Assembly: GCF_006345805.1 (NCBI RefSeq)
Contig: NC_043024.1
Location: 8,184,001-8,248,000 of the forward strand
DNA length: 64,000 nt
Source of the DNA: Octopus sinensis
Lineage: Eukaryota
Direction of reading: 5' to 3'
Part shown: positions 43,560 to 56,484 of the stretch, in pieces
Numbering within the stretch: position 1 is the first letter of the stretch
How the letters are laid out: each line of letters starts with the position of its first letter
Notes under the pieces: generated by a model
The model's input: the letters and a program-made list of their open reading frames with translations, nothing else
The model's database searches: none
What the model was told of the DNA's origin: nothing
Program-made: the position numbers and the translations under genes

Positions 43560-44433
43560 CTCCCGTTTAAAACTTTTTAGTTACCTAGAAATTATGTTAC
43601 AAAGTGCCGTTCAAAAGGAAAAGATCCTTTACAAATTACAATTTTCTCAAGAAAGCCAAGAGAAAAAAATGTTTTATTTTGAAACATTCTACCAGTATAC
43701 GAAGTTTTAAAGTGTTTAGTTAACTAGAAATTGTGTTGAAAACTGCCGTTCAAAAGGAAAAGATCCAATTTCCACGTAACTAAACACTTTTAAACTTCGT
43801 ATACTGGTAGAATGTGTCAAAATAAAACATATTTTTGATCTTTTCCTTTTGAACGGCAGTTTTCAACACAATTTCTAGGTAACTAAAAAATTTTAAACTT
43901 CGTATACTGGTAGAATGTGTTTATAAAACATCTTTTTCTCTTGGCTTTATTGAGAAAATTCTATACGTATGTTGGTTTGTTTACGTCCCCGTAACTTGGC
44001 GGTTTGGTAAAACAGATTGATAGAATAAGTGCCAGACTTGAAAAAAAAATAATAATACTAATAAGTACTGGGTTTTATTTGTCTAAGCCAGTGGTTCCCA
44101 AACATTTTAGAGTCGCGACCCACTATTTATCACACCAGTTTATGACGACCCACTTAACTCTACTGAACTATCTTGACAGGCAGCAGTGAATCAAAGCTAA
44201 TGCGTAATTTTATAACTTTTTGCGACCCACTAAGATTCCGTTCGCGACCCATCTGTGGGTCGCGGCTCATAGTTTGGGAACCTCTGGTCTAAGCTCTTCC
44301 AGGCCTGCGGTGTCCCAGTATGACCGTAAAAAAAGATGTTTTATAAACACATTCTACCAGTATACGAAGTTTAAAAGTGTTTAGTTAGGTGGAAATTATT
44401 TTAAAAAACTGCCGTTCAAACCGAAAGGATCCC
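43560..44433. repeat. Cluster of direct and inverted terminal fragments of the GGGATC-MITE family
   Basis: aaaactgccgttcaaa..aagatcc and tactggtagaatgtg blocks occur in both orientations. Confidence 0.75.
44089..44286. mobile_element. hAT (Charlie-like) MITE
   Basis: TIR cag(t/a)ggttcccaaac; 8-bp TSD gtctaagc. Confidence 0.9.
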
Positions 44434-44757
44434 ATTTATTTCTTATTTTTATTTTCCTAAAATTTTCCTTGCGTCTTGCAACCTTTTCAAAGGTCTTGAC
44501 TCTGTCCGTTATTTGCACTGCGTTCCGTTTTGCTTGCTTGTGCGCATGTGTGTGGGACAGTGTGTGTGTGTGTGTGTGTGTGTGTCTATGCATGTACGTA
44601 TGTGTGTGTGTATGCATAGGCGCGCACACACACACATACACACACACTGTCCCACACACATGCGCACAAACAAACAAAAAGGGATCGCAGTGTAAATAAC
44701 GGACAGTCAGAACTATTGAAAAGGTTGCAAGATGCAATGAAAATAAGAAATAAGTGG
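44432..44757. repeat. Foldback element, long inverted arms around (GT)n/(CA)n
   Basis: cttgcaaccttttcaa..gcgcatgtgtgtgggacagtg pairs with cactgtcccacacacatgcgc..ttgaaaaggttgcaag. Confidence 0.85.
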
Positions 44758-44857
44758 AAATTTTACCGGTGAGTGTGTTAAATTATAAGGCACTAAAAGA
44801 GAATGACTCTCCCCAGACACAACAGTATATATTTTTATACATATAAATATATATATG

Positions 44858-44888
<31 letters not shown>

Positions 44889-45803
44889 GTATATATATGT
44901 GTGTATATGTGTGTATATGTTTGTCCCTCCACCATCGCTTGACAACCGATGCTGGTGTGTTTATGTCCCCGTAACTTAGTGGTTCGGCAAAACAGACCAA
45001 TAGAATAAGTACTAGGCTTACAAAGAATAAGTCCTATGCAAATGGGCAAAATGTCGCAAAGCATTTCACCAAGTGTGCTTGCAATTGTCAGCTCTCTGTC
45101 GTCGTCATCATAATTACCACCATTACCCCCACCATTAATTTTTAATCTATCTATTTATATATACTGTCTTTACTTGTTTCAGTCATTTGACTGCGGCCAT
45201 GCTGGAGCACCACCTTTAGTCGAGCAAATCGACCCCAGGACTTATTCTTTGGAAGCCTAGTATTTATTCTATTGGCATCTTTTGCTGAACCGTTAAGTTA
45301 CGGGGACGTAAACACACCAGCATCGGTTGTCAAGCAATGTTAGGGGGAAAAACACAGACACACAATCATATACACACACATACAGATATATATATATACG
45401 CCGGGCTTCTTTCAGTTTCCGTCTACCAAATCTACTCACAAGGCATTGGTCGACCCGAGGCCATAGTAGAAGACACTTGCCCAAGGTGCCACGCAGTGGG
45501 ACTGAACCCGGAACCTTGTGGTTGGTAAGCGAGCTACTTCCCACACAGCCACTCATTTTTATTAATTATAATAATGAAGGATAAATTTTAAAAAAATGTT
45601 TTTTTCAAACTTCTATGAGAATATGTTTCCTTCCCAACTGCATGGTTGTAGGATCAGTCCCACTGCGTGGAACCTTGGGCAAGTGTCTTCCACTAGAGCC
45701 TGAGGTCAATCAAAGCCTTATGAGTGGATTTGGTAGCAGGAAACTGAGAGAAACTCGTCATATATATAGATAAAGATAAATATGGCTGGTCTAGGAGTTA
45801 TCT

Positions 45804-46219
45804 GGGATCTTTTCGGTTTGAACGGCGGTTTTTAAAAATAATTTCTAGGTAACTAAACAATTTTAAACTTTGTATACTGGTAGAATGTGTTTATAAAACA
45901 ATTTTTTTCTCTTGGCTTTATTGAGAAAATTGTATAGTTTGTAAGATATTTGTTGGGTTTTTTTCTTCAATTTCTGCAATTTCAACCAATCAGTGACGTT
46001 CATTGAGGTAAAAAAACATTCTGTGCCGTATGAATATGTCCCTCGTTTAAGAAACAGATTGGGTTTATTTACATTTCTGAAGAAAAAAGATACCCTTACC
46101 CCCACCCCTAACCCTAAAACAGATTGAAATGCAATAGATCGATACTAGGGTCATAATTATGGGTGATAATTTTATATGACACCACTAGGAAAAACTGCCG
46201 TTCAAACCGAAAAGATCCC
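45804..46219. mobile_element. MITE with GGGATCTTTTCGGTTTGAACGGC TIRs; inverted copy at 46944-47352
   Basis: 29-bp TIR with 1 mismatch; 6-bp TSD ttatct. Confidence 0.88.
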
Positions 46220-47614
46220 TTATCTGGGTTTCACGTCCATAAAGCGCTTAACTTTACAGCATTTATTCAGGCCCTAAATCTGTTGGATTGGGGTTTCTCT
46301 AGCAAGTGGCTTCTCTAGAAAATGGAGGAGGAAAAGACTTCATTACCCTGACAACACAAGGGATTGTCTCCCTTTGACTGCTATTCATAATTGACCCTGT
46401 TAGCGTGTGGATCCCAGGATCATCATCATCATCGTCGTTTAACGTCCGCTTTCCATGCTAGCATGGGTTGGACGATTTTGACTGAGGGCTGGCAAACCAG
46501 ATGGCTGCACCAAGCTCCAATCTTGATCTGGCAGAGTTTCTACAGCTGGATGCCCTTCCTAACGCCAAACACTCCGAGAGTGTAGTGGGTACTTTTTACG
46601 TGCCACCAGCACAGACACCAGTCAGGCGGTACTGGCAACGACCTCGCTCAAATCTTTTTACATGTGCCTCCGGCAGGGGTGCCAGTGAAGCGACGTTGGT
46701 AACGATCACGCTCGAATAGTGCCCTTTTACGTCAGGAATTTCCTGAAGTGCAAGCAGAGTTCAAAGACCTTTGTCCTAGAGTTAAGGATGTTCCCCGGGC
46801 CAAGGGAGTCGTTTGATTTCCTTTTCCATTCGGCTATGCACAGTTTACAATGCTTGACTATCTACATGTTTTTATATATACCGTATTTTAACGTATATAA
46901 GGAAAAATATGGGAGTTTCTTATACATGAATAGTATCATAATCGGATCTTTCGGTTTGAACGGCAGTTTTTTCTAGCAGTGTCATATGAAATTGTCACCC
47001 ATAATTATGACCCTAGTATTGATCTATTGCATTTCAATCTGTTTTACGGTTAGGGTGGGGGGGGGGTATCTTTTTTTCTTCAGAAATGTAAATAAACCTA
47101 ATCTGTTTCTTAAACGAGGGACATATTCATATGGCACAGAATGTTTTTTGCCTCAATGGACGTCAGTGATTGGTTGAAATTGCAGAAATTGAAGAAAAAA
47201 ACAACAACAAATATCTTACAAACTATAGAATTTTCTCAATAAAGCCAAGAGAAAAAGATGTTTTATAAACACATTCTACCAGTATACGAAGTTTAAAAGT
47301 GTTTAGTTACGTGGAAATTATGTTAAAAACTGCTGTTCAGACCGAAAAAATTCTGCCACTGGTACCTAATTTATTGATCCCGAAAGGATGAAAGGCAAAA
47401 TTGACCTTAGCGGAATTTGAACTCAGAATGTAAAGAGGGACGAAATGCCGCTAAGCATTTTGTCCGGCGTGCTAACGTTTCGGCCAGCTCACCTCCTACA
47501 GGCTCCAAATACTGCACACATACATGCACAAATACCTTGTTGGTGTTGGAATCTAGGTTAGAAACTGGTTCTTTCTCTATTGGCAAAAGGTCTCAAATAA
47601 AAATGAATAATGAC

Positions 47615-47662
47615 ATACATACGCAAGCATGCATGCATACATACATACATACATACATACAT

Positions 47663-47699
<37 letters not shown>

Positions 47700-48285
47700 G
47701 GCATGCATGCATACATACATACACACACATGCATACATACATACATGCATACATACATACATACATACATACATACATACATACATACATACATACATAC
47801 ATACACACATACATACATACATACACACATACACACACACATACATACATACATACATACACACATACACACACACATACATACATACATAGATACATAC
47901 ATACATACATACATACATACATACATACACAAACACACATACATACATACATACACACACACAGACACACACAGGCATGCATACATACATTCATGCATGC
48001 ATACATACATACACACACACATACATACACACATACATACATACACACACATACATACATACACACATACATACATACATACATACACACATACATACAC
48101 ACACACATACATACATACATACATACATACACACACATACATACATACACACATACATACATACATACATACATACACACATACATACATACATACATAC
48201 ATACACACCATACATACATACACACACACACACATACATACATACATACATACATACATACACACACAAATACATACATACGTAT
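47615..48285. repeat. (TACA)n/(CA)n microsatellite
   Basis: Direct inspection. Confidence 0.95.
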
Positions 48286-48959
48286 GATGGGCTTCTTTCA
48301 GTTTCCATCTAATAAGTTACCAAATTCACTCACAAGGCTTTTATCAGCCTGATGGTATAGTAGAAAACTAAAACACACAATGGAGGGTTAAATTTGAAAC
48401 CAAACCCTGTAATTGCGAAATAAATTCTTCTTAACCATGCCACTACACCCACAGCTTAAACAAATAAAAGTTGGCAGATAATTATTAACAGAAGAAATTC
48501 CTGTGAAATGGTAAAAGCTTCTCGGCATAGAGATAAAAACAAAATATAAATAGTAAAAAAAAAAAAAATAGGTGAATTATATAATTTGCTCCTAGTGGCT
48601 GTAGTGGTGACAATATGTCCTACTAAGCAAAATGTACCCCCACTTGTAAAAACAGACAAAAAATTGAGGCTATTTCTTTATGTAATACGACACCCGACAC
48701 TAAAGAGGTATCACTCAATCTTGTTTCATTGTGTATGTACTTTTAGAATTGGAAACAGTAACCAGCCTGGGTTTTTCTTTTTGTCTTTTTTCCATCCTGC
48801 TAATGCTGACAGAAGTGAAATTATTATGTGAAGGAAATATGCCACTTCTTGGTAGATCGGGGTGTGGTTGGAATTGTGGGGATGGATACGTAGTGCTCAT
48901 TAGGTACACCTACAAACCCAGAATTAAATGTATACCACGTCCTCTGAGATATATATATA

Positions 48960-50330
48960 TATATATGTTATGCAAGATACAGATATATACTCTTATACAC
49001 GCTTCAGTCATTTGACTGTGGCCATGCTGGAGCACTGCCTTTAGTTGAAGAAATCGACCCCAGGATGTATTCTTTGTTTGTTTTACTTGTTTCAGTCATT
49101 TGACTGCGGCCATGCTGGAGCACCGCCTTCAGTCGAGCAAATCGACCCCGGGACTTATTCTTTGTAAGCCCAGTACTTATTCTATCGGTCTCTTTTTGCC
49201 GAACCGCTAAGTGACGGGGACATAAACACACCAGCATCGGTTGTCAAGCAATGCTAGGGGGACAAACACAGACACACAAACACACACATATATATATATA
49301 TATTCTTATTACATTAGTCTCGTTTGCCAAACTGCTAAGTTACAGGGATGTAAACGAACCAACATCAGTGTTATGTATGTTATGCAAGATACAGATATAT
49401 ATTCTTATACACACTTCAGTCATTTGACTGTGGCCCTGCTGGAGCACTGCCTTTAGTTGAAGAAATCGAACCCGGGACTTATTCTTTGTAAGTCTAGTAC
49501 TTATTCCATTGGTCTCTTTTGCCGAACTGCTAAGTTACAGGGATGTAAACACACCAACATTGGTGTTAGATATGTTATGCAAGATATAGATATATATTCT
49601 TATACACGCTTCAGTCATTTGACTGTGGCCATTCTGGAGCACTGCCTTTAGTTGAAGAAATCGACCCCAGGACTTATTCTTTGTAAGCCTAGTACTTATT
49701 CCATTGGTTGCTTTTGCTGAACTGCTAAGTTACAGGGATGTAAACAGAATGTTTTTTACCTCAATAGACGTCACTGATTGGTTGAAATTGCAGTGTTTTG
49801 CATGTTATGCAAGGAATAGATATATATTCTTATACACACTTCAGTCATTTGACTGTGGCCTTGCTGGAGCACTGCCTTTAGTTGAAGAAATCAACCCCAA
49901 GACATTCTTTGTAAGCCTAGTACTTATTCCATTGGTCTCTTTTGCCGAACTGCTAAGTTACAGGGATGTAAACAGACCAATTTCATATGGCACAGAATGT
50001 TTTTTACCTTAATAGACGTCACTGATTGGTTGAGATTGCAGTGTTTTGCATGTTATGCAAGGTATAGATATATATTCTTATACACTCCAACATTGGTGTT
50101 ATATATGTTATACAAGATACAGATATATATTCTTATACTCGCTTCAGTCATTTGACTGTGGCCATGCTGGAGCACTGCCTTTAGTTGAAGAAATCGACCC
50201 CAGGAGTTATTCTTTGTAAGCCTGGTACTTATTCCGTTGGTCTCTTTTGCCGAACTGCTAAGTTACAGGGACGTAAACAGACCAACATCAGTTGTCAAGC
50301 GATGCAGGATGGGAACACAGATGCACAAAT
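48960..50330. repeat. Irregular tandem array of SINE tail segments with captured MITE pieces
   Basis: tcagtcatttgactgtggcc..gttacagggatgtaaac recurs about six times; some units include cagaatgttttttacc..gacgtcactgattggttg from the 45804 MITE family. Confidence 0.85.
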
Positions 50331-51082
50331 ACATACATATATCTATAATAGTAAATGCCAAAACAAATTTCTGTGTGTCAGTGTGTCACGTCCCCCCCCC
50401 TCACTAATCAGTGACACTTCTACTCTTGCTGGGGTGAGAGTAATAGCAGGCATAGAGATGGTGTGGGCGGTAGTAGATTGACAGTTGAGATGGTACTGGG
50501 GTGATAGTTATAGTATGTGCTGTAGTTGTGATAGAGGTGGCGGTGATGGTGGTGGTGGTGGTGGTGGTAGCTGAGGCAGTCAAGCATGATGGTGAGATTA
50601 AGATATATGCATATATATATACATATGTATGTATGTACATATATGTATGTATATATGCATATATATAAATATATGAATAGCTTTGCGTAAACCATGGTTT
50701 GTTTTGTTCTCTTACTTTATTATCATCTCATAATAATGACTTTTATGACTCGTATTACTACCTCAGTCAATCTAAATGTGTATATATTTGTCGTTACCTG
50801 TCATAAATCGCCTTTTTCTATTTGCAATATGCATTTTCGTTGATTTTTCATATTTTACCCTTACATTTCCACGTGTATCTTATATTTTCTTTTCGTAACA
50901 TATTTCTACTATATATATAAATTTATGAGTATTAATTAATAATTTAAATAATTTTAAAAATTTTAACTTTAAATTTAAATTTTGAATTTTATATTTTATA
51001 TATTTTGTATATTATATTAATTAATTTTATTTCTATGTATTGGTTTATGTGTTTCACTGTTTGATTTGCCTAATAGTGGTTT

Positions 51083-51154
51083 CTTAGCCCCTTCTTGTTC
51101 ATCATAGTCCTCCAGGCAATAACAGAGGAATTTAAGACCGGCTGCCCCTGGGAG
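51083..51154 (+). pseudogene. RTE-type LINE reverse transcriptase fragment
   Basis: LSPFLFIIVLQAITEEFKTGCPWE, the segment just before the (LL)YADD motif. Confidence 0.65.
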
Positions 51155-52360
51155 TAAGTATGCTCCTCATAGAAAATCCAGCACCAAAAAAAGCCTCATG
51201 ATAGCAAAGGAGAATGGGCACCAACCAGCCCAAAGGTTAGGGTGGGCTGCACCTGCCTACCGCAGTTGCTATGGCACTGAGGTAGATCTGGCAACAGGGA
51301 CAAAACCCAGATTTAAAACACTGGATGATGATGGTGATGACGATGTATATATATAATATACGACAAGCTTTTTTCAGTTTCTGTCTATCACATCCACTCT
51401 TAAGGCTAAGGTTTGCCAAGGGCTATCGTAGGAGATACTTGCCCAAGTTATTGTGCAATGTGACTGAATCCTAGAACACATGGTTTTGGGGAAGTAAGCT
51501 TCTAAGCAAACACCCAAACCAAAAGATTACAAATGCTCTTTGTAACAATTCTGTTTTACCAGTATTGTTAAAATCTAATCTGGTTGTATTTTGCTTTTTA
51601 GATCTAAAATGTACAGAACTTTGAAACTAAAGATTAAGTCACGTTCAAATTGTGTCATATTATGTTTGCGTGTATGCACATATGTGTATGTGTTTGTAAG
51701 TTTGTCTATATGTACTTACATGTTTATAAATCATACAAAATGCACACACACACATACGTACACACATCCATATATATATATATATCATCATCATCATCAT
51801 CGTTTAACGTCCGCTTTCCATGCTAGCATGGGTTGGACGGTTCAACTGGGGTCTGGCAAGCCCGAAGGCTGCACCAGGCCAGTCAGATCTGGCAGTGTTT
51901 CTACAGCTGGATGCCCTTCCTAACGCCAACCACTCCGAGAGTGTAGTGGGTGATTTTATGTGCCACCGACACAGGTGTCAGACGAGGCTGGCAGACGGCC
52001 ACGCTCGGATGGTGTTTTTTATGTGCCACCGATACAGGTGCCAGACGTATGTAAATTACATACATAAGCATCTATGTGTTTATATATATATTAAATTAAA
52101 CAGTGTTTAAAGAGTGTAGCCTGTGTGTGAGTCAGAGAAAGCTTTATAACTAATGTCTCCTTGTTTTGACATCTTGTGATAATCTGCTATAAACGAGTGA
52201 GATTGTCATACAAACAGAGTCCCTTGAAAATATTACCTTGTTTGGAAACAGATGAGGAATGGCCAGAAGAAGGGCATCCAGCTGTAGAAAACCTGTTTCA
52301 CTGAATTACATCTGACCCATGCAAGCATGGAAAGGTAGATGTTAAATTGATGGTGGAGAC

Positions 52361-53321
52361 GGGCGAGCTGGCAGAAACGTTAGCGCGCCGGGCGAAATGC
52401 TTAGCGGTATTTCGTCTGCCGCTACGCTCTGAGTTCAAATTCCGCCGAGGTCAACTTTTCCTTTCATCCTTCCAGGGTCGATTAAATAAGTACCAGTTAC
52501 GCACTGGGGTCGATATAATCAACTTAATCCGTTTGTCTGTCCTTGTTTGTCCTCTGTGTTTAGCCCCTTGTGGGTAGTAAAGAAATAGGTATTTCGTCTG
52601 CCTTTTTACGTTCTGAGTTCAAATTCCGCCGAGGTCGACTTTTCCTTTCATCCTTTTGGGGTCGATTAAATAAGTACCAGTTACGCACTGGGGTCGATAT
52701 AATCAAATTAATCTGTTTGTCCTTGTTTGTCCTCTCTGTGTTTAGCCCCTTGTGGGTAGTAAAGAAATTGGTATTTCGTCTGTCTTTTTATGTTCTGAGT
52801 TCAAATTCCGCCGAGGTCGACTTTTCCTTTCATCTTTTCGGGGTCGATTAAATAAGTACCAGTTACGCACTGGGGTTCATATAATCAACTTAATCCGTTT
52901 GTCTGTCCTTGTTTGTCCTCTCTGTGTTTAGCCCCTTGTGGGTAGTAAAGAAATAGGTATTTTGTCTGTCTTTTTACGTTCTGAGTTCAAATTCCGCCAA
53001 GGTCAACTTTTCCTTTCATCCTTTTGGGGTCGATTAAATAAGTACCAGTTACGCACTGGGGTCGATATAATCAACTTAATCCGTTTGTCTGTCCTTGTTT
53101 GTCCTCTCTGTGTTTAGCCCCTTGTGGGTAGTAAAGAAATAGGTATTTCGTCTGCTGTTACGTTCTGAGTTCAAATTCCGCCGAGGTCGACTTTGCTTTC
53201 CATCCTTTTGGGGTCAATTAAATAAGTACCAGTTACGCACTGGGGTCGATATAATCGACTTAATCCGTTTGTCTGTCCTTGTTTGTCCTCTCTGTGTTTA
53301 GCCCCTTGTGGGTAGTAAAGA
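52361..53321 (+). repeat. Deu/Nin-like SINE with one head and five tandem 182-186-bp bodies
   Basis: gtattt(c/t)gtctg at 52407, 52589, 52771, 52957 and 53143. Confidence 0.92.
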
Positions 53322-53933
53322 TATAGATAATGATGGTAATGGTTATGAACAAAGAAAAACGACAACAAAAACTGCCAATATAGTGTTAAAATATTTAATA
53401 CATTGAGCATTATAAACAGTAATGAAATTTGCTTTATAATATACAAAACATGCTGTATATAAAAAAAACAAAGAGAAATAATCACATGACAAGGGAAAAA
53501 ATTAAAAACCCTTCAAAAACCATTGATTAATATTGTTTTATGCTTTCTGCAAGTATGGGAGGCAACTCATGGCATGTTTCAGTCTTATTCTGACCTCATC
53601 AATGAAGCCCAGACTTCACTGAACCTGCCAAAGTAGCGATGGAAGAATCGCGAATTCAATGTGCAAGATTGCATATTGCTTGATGTAGAAAAATAGAATA
53701 TGTTTATCGAAAAAATTCCTCAGAGACACCGTTGATATTAAAAAAGAATAAAACTAACAGCAATTAGTGTTAACATATTGGTGCGTCTGTGAGGTTATGA
53801 AGCTTGCTTTGCAACCTAGTGGATTTGGGTTCAGTCCCACCGTGCAGCACTTTGGATGTCTTTTACTTTTACATTGGGCTGACCAATGCCTTGTGAGTGA
53901 ATTTGGTAAATGAAAACTGTGGAAGCCCATCAT

Positions 53934-53934
<1 letters not shown>

Positions 53935-54023
<89 letters not shown>

Positions 54024-54221
54024 CATTCATGAATATATATATATACATACAGCAGTAAGACTTTGAACTTTTCCGATAATAATAATGTATATGTCTTAAG
54101 ATGTTTGTTGTCCTCTTTAACAATTATATATACATACACATACATATATAGATATATACATATACACATATATATATGTAAATATATGTATGCAATATAT
54201 ATATATATAAATATATGTATG

Positions 54222-54253
<32 letters not shown>

Positions 54254-54414
54254 CACACGTATATATACATACATGTATACATATACATACACATATATAC
54301 ATATACACATATGTATACATATACATACACATATATACATATACACACATATATACATACATATATATATACACATACATACATATACACACATATATAC
54401 ATACATATATATAT

Positions 54415-54456
<42 letters not shown>

Positions 54457-54650
54457 TCACATATATATACACATACATATATATACACATAAATACACAT
54501 GCATATATATAAACATACACATATATACATACACACACACATATATATACACATGCATATATAAACATACATATATATACGTACACATACATAAACACAT
54601 ATATACACACACAAACATACACACATACAAACACCACACGTATATGTACA
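53935..54650. repeat. (TA)n/(TACA)n microsatellite tract
   Basis: Direct inspection. Confidence 0.95.
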
Positions 54651-56446
54651 TGCCTTTGTGTTTGTCGATCCAACCATGCCACAACTGTCGTTGGTTTGTT
54701 CGCATGCCCATTTCTTAGGAGTCTGGTGAAAGAGATTAACAGATTAAGTACCAGGTTTTAAAAATAAGGACTTAGGTTGATCTCTTTGTCTAAAACCCTA
54801 CATGGCTGCTGTTCAATGAGGGAAACATGGAAAAAATCAAAAATTTATAAAGCCGGAAACATGATGAAGTAAATAAAAATAATTGCATTTTAGACAAGAA
54901 AAAACATTATCGGGTCAGCGGCTAATATATTTTTTAAATTATTTCTGTAAGTGTGGAAGACAATTCTGGACATACTTCAGTCTTATTACAACCTCATCAG
55001 CAAATCATAGACTCCATCATACTTGATTCAGCAGAGACGGAGGAATCACTATGTAACTAAGAATATTGGTTGGCACAAGAATATAATATAGAACTGGCTT
55101 AAGAATGCATTCTTCAGGAATGCCAATTACATAAAAAACAAAAACAAAATACAAAAAGCAAAAAAGGGCAACTAAGAATTAATTTCATGATAACATATAA
55201 TTCTTTTTCATTACTAATTAATTATAGTAATTATGTATGATAATTACTGTTATCTTTCGGCAATTAATTCTCATTTATTGGTTACATTTTGATTGAGATA
55301 ACCAATATTTTAGTTTGTACATAACTGAGTGGCTGTGTGGTAAGTAGCTTGCTAACCAACCACATGGTTCCGGGTTCAGTCCCACTGCGTGGCATCTTGG
55401 GCAAGTGTCTTCTGCTATAGCCCCGGGCTGACCAATGCCTTGTGAGTGGATTTGGTAGATGGAAACTGAAAAAAGCCCGTTGTATATATGTATATATATG
55501 TATGTGTGTGTTTGTGTGTCTGTGTTTGTCCCCCTAGCATTGCTTGACAACTGATGCTTGTGTGTTTACGTCCCTGTCACTTAGCAGTTCGGCAAAAGAG
55601 ACTGATAGAATAAGTACTGGGCTTACAAAGAAAAAGTCCTTGGGTTGAGTTGCTCGACTAAAGGCAGTGCTCCAGCATGGCTGCAGTCAAATGACTGAAA
55701 CAAGTAAAAGAGAACTATTTCACGGTAATTACAGTATTTTCCAGTGTATAAGACTCAGTCTCACATAAGATGCACCCCTAATTTACAAGTATATTTTCAC
55801 AGGGTAAAATATGTTAGTATTTCATCATATAATCATTGAAAAATATTTTAAAGTGGTTTTGTAGGAGAAAAATGTATGATTCCATGCATGTAAATACAAT
55901 TAAAAATAATAATAATGAAATTATTGTATACAGTGCTCAGGTGCACCACAACTTGTCAAAAGTGCATATAAAGTATATGCAGAAATGTACAAATGTCTGG
56001 AAAGCGAACAGTGTATGAGCCAGATACATGCTTGTGTGTGTATGGAGGGGAGAAAATCAGGTGAAGTTTTGGCTATTTTTTCTGATGACTTTTAGTGCAC
56101 CTGAACACTATATACAATAAGTTTGTTATATCATAAACTATGTCATACAAATACCATATTAGAACTTCATCTTCTTTCAGATCACCTGTACAGGTGTTTA
56201 TGTTTTGTTCAAGAGAATTGCCAAACATGAAGTAAAACTTGTGTTTCTGGCTGTTACGTCTTATGTTACCATGATTGTCCACCAGGGTGGTGTACCCATT
56301 GCCGTGGACTTGGTTGTCGTTCACTTATTACAAATAACTGAGAAGTGGATGAAATTTTATTAACGGTAGGCACAGGTATGGTTGTGTGGTAAGTGGTTTG
56401 CTTTTCAACCACATGGATAGATTTGTAGAAGGAAACTAAAAGAAGC

Positions 56447-56484
<38 letters not shown>

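Noticed and set aside
47417-48352. Long His/Thr/Tyr/Ile-rich ORFs (also 53930-54718, 58485-59531, 30524-31053 upstream of 30877, and 2566-3339)
   Set aside because: Translations of (TACA)n, (TA)n, (TTA)n and (CT)n microsatellites.
48586-48909. Short ORFs on both strands in a unique patch
   Set aside because: No motif or consistent splice-phase partner; could equally be UTR or intergenic sequence.
51070-51290. Minus-strand frame with an in-frame TGA (..LLS*GFFWCWIFYEE..) suggesting a selenoprotein
   Set aside because: The plus strand of the same bases encodes a recognisable RTE reverse-transcriptase segment. I saw no selenoprotein motif or SECIS element.
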